This document shows, in pieces, positions 57,216 through 64,000 of a DNA stretch of 64,000 nt (position 1 is the stretch's first letter; every line of letters starts with the position of its first letter). Source of the stretch: an uncultured Ignavibacteria bacterium (GTDB lineage: Bacteria; Zixibacteria; MSB-5A5; DSPP01); the NCBI GenBank assembly GCA_964607165.1, contig CAZSIT010000006.1, positions 11,870-75,869 on the forward strand. The letters run 5' to 3'. Under the pieces are notes generated by a model, which saw only the letters and a program-made list of their open reading frames with translations, had not been told where the DNA came from and made no database searches. The translations under genes and the position numbers were made by a program.

Positions 57216-57302
57216 AAAATGGTAGCGGAAACCCTGGCCGTTGCCCGGCTTCGGGCAGGCCTTTAGGTTTCCAATACCAACAAAAAGAAGGAGGAACAAA
57301 CA

Positions 57303-58136
57303 ATGACTTGTCCCGATCTATTCCGACCTGTCCCGAGCGTAGTCGAGGGAGCGAAGCCGAGGAAGCGTAGTCGAGGGAAACGGTACCTGTTACTAACACT
57401 TGCAGTGGTTTTCATTTTGGGCTTAGCTTTAACCGCCAACGCCCAGCGCAAGAAAACAAAGCCGGAAGAGCCGAAAAAGAGAGCGGAACTGAACCTTTCT
57501 GACGAACAGAAACAAAAACTTGCCGCCATCCACCGCCAGGCCGCCAAAGAGCGCATCCGCCTGCACGCCGACCAACAAATTGCGCGGCTGGAACTCCAGG
57601 AAATGTTGCAGGCTGACCAGCCCAATCAAGCCACCCTCAACAGTAAAATTGAACAATTGGCCGAGCTAAACCGCCAAATGACCAAAAACCGGCTGGATAA
57701 TATGCTGGCTGCCCGCTCGGTTCTGACCAAAGAGCAAAGAATGACAATGCGTCAGATGATGGGTAAGCGGATGGCCAGAATGCACGGCCAAAAGAAAATG
57801 AAAATTTTCCGCTTCCACCGTGGCCCGGGTGGTCCCGGCGGCGGCCCGGGAATGATGATGTTCCAAAAGCGGGGCAAGCCGATGGGTATGGAACAGGAAG
57901 AAATGATGGAGGAAGAGGAATCGGCAGAACCGGAAGATTCCGATGAAGTTGGCACTCTGGAGGGAATTGGTTTCCCGCAGGATGAAGACTTCGCCGAACT
58001 CAATCCGATGGACTTTGGAGAACCGGACGAATTCGATCCATCAAATACACAGCCGTTCGACTGGGAAGATTTTGATGAACCCGCTCCAATGCCCGGTTTC
58101 CGCTCCTTTTCACCGGAAGACGCCGGCTGGCAATAG
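57303..58136 (+). CDS. Periplasmic Spy/CpxP-like (LTxxQ-motif) protein with unusually long signal-peptide n-region encoded by a repeat element
   Basis: Strong AAGGAGGAAC RBS. Codons 2-25 (CPDLFRPVPSVVEGAKPRKRSRGK) are read through a CGAGCG-family repeat copy (57307-57378). An h-region and AxA cleavage site follow. LSDEQKQKL and LTKEQRMTM motifs. Confidence 0.6.
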   Translation: MTCPDLFRPVPSVVEGAKPRKRSRGKRYLLLTLAVVFILGLALTANAQRKKTKPEEPKKRAELNLSDEQKQKLAAIHRQAAKERIRLHADQQIARLELQEMLQADQPNQATLNSKIEQLAELNRQMTKNRLDNMLAARSVLTKEQRMTMRQMMGKRMARMHGQKKMKIFRFHRGPGGPGGGPGMMMFQKRGKPMGMEQEEMMEEEESAEPEDSDEVGTLEGIGFPQDEDFAELNPMDFGEPDEFDPSNTQPFDWEDFDEPAPMPGFRSFSPEDAGWQ

Positions 58137-58157
58137 ATTATCATTTGTTTATTTGTA

Positions 58158-58192
58158 GGGGCGGGTTTTTTCTCAACCCGCCCTTATTTTTT
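58158..58192 (+). terminator. Rho-independent terminator
   Basis: gggcggg-ttttttctcaa-cccgccc followed by ttatttttt. Confidence 0.7.
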
Positions 58193-58454
58193 GTGAAAAC
58201 GTAGGGGCGTACCTTTACTTGTCCCGAGCGTAGTCGAGGGAGGTGCGCCTTAGGGGTGAACCTTTTAGGTTCACCCCTACTTTCCCCACAGAGGAAATGT
58301 AGGTGCACAATACTATTGTGCCTTTGTCCCTTCTCCTCGTAGGAGAGGGACCGAGGGTGAGGCCCGCAGGGGCGGGCCGGGGTGGACAAATCCCTGTTCC
58401 CTAATCTCCAATCCCTGTTTTTGTAGGGGCGAGGTCTCCTCGCCCTTCGTTTTC

Positions 58455-58491
58455 CAATCATAAATGATACAATGATTCAATCGTCAATCTC
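58455..58491. repeat. CAATCGTCAAT motif, degenerate third copy
   Basis: caatcataaatgatacaatgattcaatcgtcaatctc, preceded by the hairpin gtaggggcgaggtctcctcgccc. Confidence 0.7.
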
Positions 58492-58622
58492 TTTTTTTCC
58501 CTTGCCGAAAATTCTTTTTCAGATATACTACCGTCCTCTTTTTTAGGAGGCCTGTCCCGACACGTTTCAAATTTGTGAAGGAAACTATGCCGAGGGACAA
58601 AAACCGTTGTTAAGGAGAGTGG

Positions 58623-61391
58623 ATGGCAAAAAGAGGTAGACCGCGAAAAGTTAGTGTAGTTAACACAAAGGCATACAAAGAGATAACCAAAAAACGGCGG
58701 TCCGAAAAACCGCCGCCGAAAGATAGTAAATTCATCTACTTTTTCGGCGGCGGCAAAGCCGAAGGGAACGGACAAATGAAGGATTTACTGGGTGGCAAAG
58801 GGGCTAACTTGGCCGAAATGGTCAACCTTGGTATCCCGGTTCCGCCTGGCTTTACGATAACCACCGAAGCTTGTAACCTATTTTACAAAAACGACTTAGA
58901 TAGTCCCAAGTGGCTTAACGATGAAACCCGCCGCTATATGGGCAAAATAGAGCGGGAAATGGGAAAAAAGTTCGGTGACTCCAATGACCCGCTTTTAGTC
59001 TCGGTCCGCTCCGGCGCCAAGTTTTCAATGCCGGGAATGATGGACACCATTCTGAACCTCGGTTTAAACGACGTAACGGTTAAGGGGCTGGCCAAAAAGT
59101 CCAAAAACGAGCGCTTTGCCCAGGATTCTTACCGCCGATTCATCCAGATGTTCGCCGCCGTGGTTCTGGGCATCGAAAAATCGGAGTTCGAAGAAATCAT
59201 AACCAAGAAAAAGGAGCAGCGCCAGATTAAACAGGACTCTTCGCTCTCGGTTGATGACTTGAAAGATATAATCCAAAAATTCAAGGTCTTAATCAAAAAG
59301 AAAACCGGTGAAGATTTTCCCGCCGACCTGTATCAGCAGCTGGAAATGGCCCGAGACGCGGTTTTCAAATCCTGGAACAATCCCCGCGCCATTGAATACC
59401 GTCGGCTCTACAGCATTCCCACGAATATCGGAACCGCCGTCAACGTGCAGACAATGGTTTTTGGCAATATGGGTGAAACTTCCGCCACTGGCGTCGGCTT
59501 CACCCGCAATCCATCCACCGGCGAAGATGCCTTCTACGGCGAATATTTGATCAACGCCCAAGGGGAAGACGTGGTCGCCGGCATCCGCACCCCCTCGCCG
59601 ATTAAAGAGCTGGACAAAAAGATGCCCGCCGTGGCCAAACAGTTGAAATCGATTACGACCAAGCTGGAGCGCCACTACAAAGACCTGCAGGATTTCGAAT
59701 TCACCGTGCAGGAAGGCAAACTCTTTATGCTCCAGACCCGTGTTGGCAAACGCACCACCCAGGCCGCCGTCAAAATCGCCGTCGATATGGTCAAAGGAAA
59801 AATGCTCTCCAAAGAAGAGGCGCTTTTGCGCATCGACCCGGAAGATTTGAACCAGCTTTTGCATCCCCGCATTGACCCCGACAAGGAAATTCGTGTCATC
59901 GCCAAAGGCTTGGCCGCCTCTCCCGGGGCGGCCTCCGGCCGGGTCGTTTTCACCGCCGAAGAGGCGGTGCGTATGGCCCAAAAGGGGGAAAAAGTGTTAT
60001 TAGTCCGGCAGGAAACCAATCCGGACGACATTCACGGAATGGTGGTGGCAGAGGGAGTTTTGACGGCGCGCGGTGGAATGACCTCCCACGCCGCCGTAGT
60101 GGCGCGCGGGATGGGGAAACCCTGCGTCGCTGGCACCGAGCAGATGAAAGTGAACGAGGAAAAACGCTTCTTCTCCGTCGGCAGCATGGTCGTTCGCGGC
60201 CTGGAGCTCTTAACCATCAACGGCTCCACCGGCGAAGTGATTTTGGGAGAAGTCCCGACCGTGGAGGCCGAGCTGACCGGCGAGTTTGCCGAGTTTATGC
60301 ACTGGGCCGATAAAATTCGTCAGCTAAAGGTGCGCGCGAATGCCGACACGCCCCACGACGCCGAAGTCGCTTTTAAATTCGGAGCCGAAGGTATCGGCCT
60401 CTGCCGCACCGAACATATGTTTTTCGCTCCGGAACGCATCTCCCTCGTGCAGGAAATGATTATGGCCGCCAGCCGGGAGGAGCGCAAAAACGCCCTGGCC
60501 AAACTTCTTCCCTTTCAGAAGGCCGATTTCAAAGGAATCTTTTTAGCGATGAAAGGCAACCCGGTGACGATACGCACGCTGGACCCGCCGTTGCACGAGT
60601 TTTTGCCCAAGCGCGAAGTTTTGATGGTCGAAATTGCCGAGCTAAAAGCGAAAGCCGGCGACCCGATCAAACTCGCTGAAAAAGAACACCTTTTAAAGCG
60701 CGTCGAAGAACTGACCGAGTTTAACCCAATGCTGGGCCACCGCGGCTGCCGGCTGGGGATAACCTATCCGGAGATAACCGAGATGCAGGCCAAAGCCATT
60801 TTCGAAGCCGGCATCGAGGCGGTCAAAAATGGAGTCGAAGTCCACCCCGAAATTATGATTCCCTTGGTCGGCTTTCCCGCGGAGTTCAAACACCAAAAAG
60901 AAATTATCGACCGGGTCGCCGACGAAGTGCTCTCCAAATCAAAATCTAAATACAAGTTCAAGTATATGGTCGGCACAATGATAGAAGTCCCCCGCGCGGC
61001 GCTCTTGGCCGATAAGATTGCCGAAGATGCCGAATTCTTTTCTTTCGGCACCAACGACCTCACCCAGTTGACGCTCGGATTTTCGCGCGACGACGCCGGC
61101 AAGTTCCTAAAGGACTATCAAGAAAAGGGTATTTTGCCCAAAGACCCCTTTGTTCATCTCGAAACCGAAGGGGTCGGCGGGATGATTAAAATGGCCATCG
61201 AAAAAGGGAAGAAAACCCGCAAAGATTTGAAAGTCGGCATCTGCGGCGAGCACGGCGGCGACCCGGAATCCATCGCCTTCTGCAACGAAATTGGTTTAGA
61301 CTACGTCTCCTGCTCCCCCTATCGCGTGCCCATCGCCCGCTTGGCCGCCGCCCACGCCGTACTCGGAAAGGCAACCGTAGCTTCAAAGTAA
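58623..61391 (+). CDS. ppdK: Pyruvate, phosphate dikinase with about 35-aa basic N-terminal extension
   Basis: AAGGAG RBS. LLGGKGANLAEM ATP-grasp motif. Phospho-His region TARGGMTSHAAVVARGMGKPCV. C-terminal PEP-utilizing TIM barrel (GICGEHGGDP). The N-terminus MAKRGRPRKVSVVNTKAYKEITKKRRSEKPPPKDSK precedes the conserved FIYFFGGG. Confidence 0.9.
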   Translation: MAKRGRPRKVSVVNTKAYKEITKKRRSEKPPPKDSKFIYFFGGGKAEGNGQMKDLLGGKGANLAEMVNLGIPVPPGFTITTEACNLFYKNDLDSPKWLNDETRRYMGKIEREMGKKFGDSNDPLLVSVRSGAKFSMPGMMDTILNLGLNDVTVKGLAKKSKNERFAQDSYRRFIQMFAAVVLGIEKSEFEEIITKKKEQRQIKQDSSLSVDDLKDIIQKFKVLIKKKTGEDFPADLYQQLEMARDAVFKSWNNPRAIEYRRLYSIPTNIGTAVNVQTMVFGNMGETSATGVGFTRNPSTGEDAFYGEYLINAQGEDVVAGIRTPSPIKELDKKMPAVAKQLKSITTKLERHYKDLQDFEFTVQEGKLFMLQTRVGKRTTQAAVKIAVDMVKGKMLSKEEALLRIDPEDLNQLLHPRIDPDKEIRVIAKGLAASPGAASGRVVFTAEEAVRMAQKGEKVLLVRQETNPDDIHGMVVAEGVLTARGGMTSHAAVVARGMGKPCVAGTEQMKVNEEKRFFSVGSMVVRGLELLTINGSTGEVILGEVPTVEAELTGEFAEFMHWADKIRQLKVRANADTPHDAEVAFKFGAEGIGLCRTEHMFFAPERISLVQEMIMAASREERKNALAKLLPFQKADFKGIFLAMKGNPVTIRTLDPPLHEFLPKREVLMVEIAELKAKAGDPIKLAEKEHLLKRVEELTEFNPMLGHRGCRLGITYPEITEMQAKAIFEAGIEAVKNGVEVHPEIMIPLVGFPAEFKHQKEIIDRVADEVLSKSKSKYKFKYMVGTMIEVPRAALLADKIAEDAEFFSFGTNDLTQLTLGFSRDDAGKFLKDYQEKGILPKDPFVHLETEGVGGMIKMAIEKGKKTRKDLKVGICGEHGGDPESIAFCNEIGLDYVSCSPYRVPIARLAAAHAVLGKATVASK

Positions 61392-62258
61392 AATATTTTT
61401 AATCACTAATCCCTGATTCCTGTTTTCTTTGTCCTCCTTGGCAAGGGGGACAAAAATCGAGGTTTTTTTGCAGCGGTTTTGTCAAAAAAACAAAAAAATA
61501 CCCTATCGAGTTTTCCCTGATACAAAATCGATGGCGATTTTGTGGGGAAACTGGGAAAACCTCACCTTTTGTCCCTGGCGGTGGCACGAGGCCTCGGCTC
61601 GGGCCCTCCCTCTCCTTAAAAAGGAGAGGGAGGGCGGGTTGGAAACCCGCCCTACGTCCTTTCCTTTTTGAGTTCTGTGTGTGCGGGATTTAGGCGGTAT
61701 GGGATGGGGAGCAAGGTCTGGCCTTCTTCCCCTTGCTTGCCCATTTTTCTGGTTTGCCATTCACGCGCAGGCAAGGGGCGCGTCCGCGCTATTTTGGTAC
61801 CACACTTATCCTCTCTCTTACTTGCAGGATAAGCGGGCTTAAAGTTTCAGGGAGACATACTGCCTTTGAACCCCGGGAGGGTGAAGGATTCCGGTTTCCT
61901 TCAACTCTTTTGGGGCCAATCCGGTCCTGGCCGGGCCGGTGACCGGCCGGATAAACACACATCCCTGGCCGTGCACGAGCGCTCGGCTCGGGCAGGCCCT
62001 CTACTAATAGTCGACCACCGTTTTTTGCCTCAATTTTTGTTTAGAATTTGCATTTTGACTTACCCCCTCCGGCGCTCTGCGCCTCGTCCCCCTTGAACAA
62101 AGGGGGACAAATAAAAACAGTGATTAGAGATTAGGGATTCGTCCGCCCCACCACCGCTCCAAAATCTGTCCCCCTGTATTTAAGGGGGACTTACAGGGGG
62201 TGTTTTACTACCTTTCCTCCGAAACTTACGTATATTTAACGGATATGGGGACAGGCCA
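61392..62258. repeat. 867-nt noncoding repeat island (GTCCCCCT..AGGGGGAC hairpins, GGGCGGGTT..AACCCGCCC hairpin, two CACGAG..CTCGGCTCGGGC copies) with imperfect terminal inverted repeats
   Basis: taatcactaatccctgattcc at 61401-61421 versus cagtgattagagattagggattcg at 62118-62141. Hairpins at 61427-61452, 61607-61635, 62086-62108 and 62177-62200. Confidence 0.6.
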
Positions 62259-64000
62259 ATGAAAAAAATCGCCCTTGGAATCGCCTCCGCCTTGCTCTTT
62301 TTCGCTTTTTCCGCCTTTGCCGCCGTCATCCGCGTTCCCCAAGACCAGCAGACGATACAAATGGCAATCGATTCAGCCGCTAATGGCGACACCGTTCTTG
62401 TAGAACCCGGCACCTATGCAGAACACATTGATTTCAAGGGAAAGGGCATATTAGTCAAATCAAGAGCAGGTGCAGATAGCACAATTATAAGAAAAATTGC
62501 GGACGGCTTCTTTTTGGTTAGAATGTTGTCAGGCGAGCCAAGCTCAGCAATTCTGGATGGTTTTACGTTAATCGGATCTTCTACAGTTGCAGTGGACATG
62601 AATTCGGATGGAGTTATCAGGAATAATATCATAACGGGAAATGCAGGAGGTGGAATTGCCTGCTTGTATGGTTATCCAAAAATAGAACGTAATTTGATAG
62701 TTTCGAACGGAGGAAGTTATGGAATATACGTATATCCCTGCAACGGCGTTCCTGGAAAAGTAGAAAATAATTCAATAGCATATAATAATGGGGTTGGATT
62801 ATACATAGACGATGGCTTGTGTACTTCAACATTTCTAATCCGCAACAATATCGTTTTCTCGAATTCGAGTTATGGGATCTATGCACGCGGTGGGGTCCAC
62901 AATCTAAAATACAACTGCGTGTTCGCCAATACACCTGGAAATTATTTCGGCATACTGCCTGGATTGACTGATATAAGTGTTAACCCATTGTTTGTCGGCG
63001 GTTCTCCCTTTGATTACCATCTTCAATCCCATTCCCCCTGCATCGATGCTGGTGACCCGTCAACGCCCGTGCCGCCCAAGGGCGGAACGCGGGTGGACAT
63101 CGGTGCTTTTGAATTTGAATTGGGGCCGGCTTTTACCTTGATTTCACCGGCTAATTCGAATGTAGAAATAACTCAAACGCCAACTCTTGTATGGCATAAA
63201 TTGGCCGACTCTTTTACGACTACACAGTTTTCATACCTCGTGATTTATGACGACACCATTTCATTCACCAGTCCCGATTATTCTCCCAGTTCATTCGATA
63301 CTTCCTATCAGGTCAGCCCGCCTTTGCCTTATGGCAAAACATTTTATTGGAAGGTTCGGGCGGTCGATGATTCGGCACAGCTCGTCTATAGCAAAGATAC
63401 CCGGACTTTCAAAATCGATACCCCGCCCACAATCCCGACCGATATTTCCCCCGACAGCGGGGATGTTTTGGATTTCAACGACTATCTCATCTGGTTGGAA
63501 GGCAGCGACCCCGACCCGGGGGATAACGTCATCTATCAACTGCAAATAGATGACGACCCGGCTTTCGCCAATCCGGAAGTTGACCAAGGCGGCATAACCG
63601 GAAATAATTCAGCCGGTGAAGAAAAGCCGGCCATTCTTTCCGCTCTTAGCAACGCCATCGCCATTCAATTGAAAAATTTGACCAATCATACCAATTTGAA
63701 AGATGACTCTGCTTATTTTTGGCGGGTTCGCAGCATCGATAACCACGGCCTTGGTTCCAACTACACCGCTGGCACCCGCAGTTTCACTTTGAATTTGCAG
63801 AACACCGCTCCCAATCCGGTGCCGGGCGGTTTTTCTCCGGCAGGTAATCAAATCGTTGCCAACAATCACCCTAATATGTCGTGGTTTGCCGCCACCGACC
63901 CGGATACCGAGGACACACCGGCCACTTTGCAATACAACATCCGCCTGGACACGGACGGGGAAATTGCCAATAATTTCAGATTTCAATACACCACTTCTCC
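62259..64000 (+). CDS. 3'-truncated secreted protein: signal peptide, right-handed parallel beta-helix (PbH1) repeats, fibronectin-III-like domains (NOT in the supplied ORF track)
   Basis: I translated frame 3 by hand from the ATG at 62259 with no stop to nt 64000. MKKIALGIASALLFFAFSAFAAV is a signal peptide. Repeats NNIITGNAGGGIACLYGY, NLIVSNGGSYGIYVY, NNSIAYNNGVGLYIDD and NNIVFSNSSYGIYARG. Later FYWKVRAVDDS and YFWRVRSIDNHG (FN3-like W..R..D motifs). Confidence 0.75.
   Translation, partial: MKKIALGIASALLFFAFSAFAAVIRVPQDQQTIQMAIDSAANGDTVLVEPGTYAEHIDFKGKGILVKSRAGADSTIIRKIADGFFLVRMLSGEPSSAILDGFTLIGSSTVAVDMNSDGVIRNNIITGNAGGGIACLYGYPKIERNLIVSNGGSYGIYVYPCNGVPGKVENNSIAYNNGVGLYIDDGLCTSTFLIRNNIVFSNSSYGIYARGGVHNLKYNCVFANTPGNYFGILPGLTDISVNPLFVGGSPFDYHLQSHSPCIDAGDPSTPVPPKGGTRVDIGAFEFELGPAFTLISPANSNVEITQTPTLVWHKLADSFTTTQFSYLVIYDDTISFTSPDYSPSSFDTSYQVSPPLPYGKTFYWKVRAVDDSAQLVYSKDTRTFKIDTPPTIPTDISPDSGDVLDFNDYLIWLEGSDPDPGDNVIYQLQIDDDPAFANPEVDQGGITGNNSAGEEKPAILSALSNAIAIQLKNLTNHTNLKDDSAYFWRVRSIDNHGLGSNYTAGTRSFTLNLQNTAPNPVPGGFSPAGNQIVANNHPNMSWFAATDPDTEDTPATLQYNIRLDTDGEIANNFRFQYTTS

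Noticed and set aside
41367-57399. Possibility that the scattered short repeats form a CRISPR array
   Set aside because: Copies are irregularly spaced over kilobases, in both orientations, inside leaders and gene 5' ends. There is no regular repeat-spacer periodicity and no cas genes.
61392-62258. RNase P RNA / tmRNA / SRP RNA in the noncoding island
   Set aside because: I looked for GGAAAGUCCGG, AGGGUGAAANGGUGCGGUAAGAGCGCACC and ACAGAACCCGGCUUA (RNase P), for a tmRNA tag ORF with T-arm, and for the SRP GGAA tetraloop helix 8. None is present on either strand. This is only a by-eye check.

Overview
This 64-kb window is a chromosomal segment from a Gram-negative environmental bacterium (roughly 55% GC). 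I cannot assign a taxon from sequence alone. The organism appears to have a type IX secretion system (T9SS): three proteins carry T9SS C-terminal sorting domains and there is a PorV-like outer-membrane barrel. It also carries flagellar regulators (fliW, csrA, fliA).

Genes present:
- Housekeeping genes: lon, proS, ppdK, tsaC, a GH57 glycoside hydrolase, two STK-TPR kinases, a GAF/PAS histidine kinase, and an ECF sigma/anti-sigma pair with two Spy-like periplasmic proteins.
- A cobalamin-riboswitch operon.
- A solitary type IIG restriction-modification (RM) gene.
- Several interspersed families of short hairpin repeats.

The most interesting signal is a set of secreted proteins built from cohesin-like and dockerin-like modules. 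Two tandem giant T9SS cargo proteins share a near-identical 1.5-kb 3' cassette (cohesin-like, dockerin-like, second beta-sandwich, T9SS CTD). One of them carries a tandem array of at least 12 HYR domains. A third adjacent gene has the same cassette but ends in a double-dockerin tail instead of the CTD. The same double-dockerin tail terminates two unrelated beta-propeller proteins. One of these sits in the cobalamin-riboswitch operon (TonB-dependent receptor, YVTN propeller, DUF4430 lipoprotein, small S-component-like permease). Together these suggest a T9SS-anchored cohesin/dockerin surface-display system, possibly including B12 capture. I could not find this arrangement described before, but every domain call here is from reading the sequence by eye and needs profile-search confirmation.

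Other points: the 1.5-kb cassette shows perfect-identity patches indicating gene conversion, the solitary type IIG RM gene is bracketed by interspersed repeats, and one repeat copy has been co-opted into a signal-peptide N-terminus. A 580-aa partial beta-helix CDS at the 3' end is missing from the ORF track.
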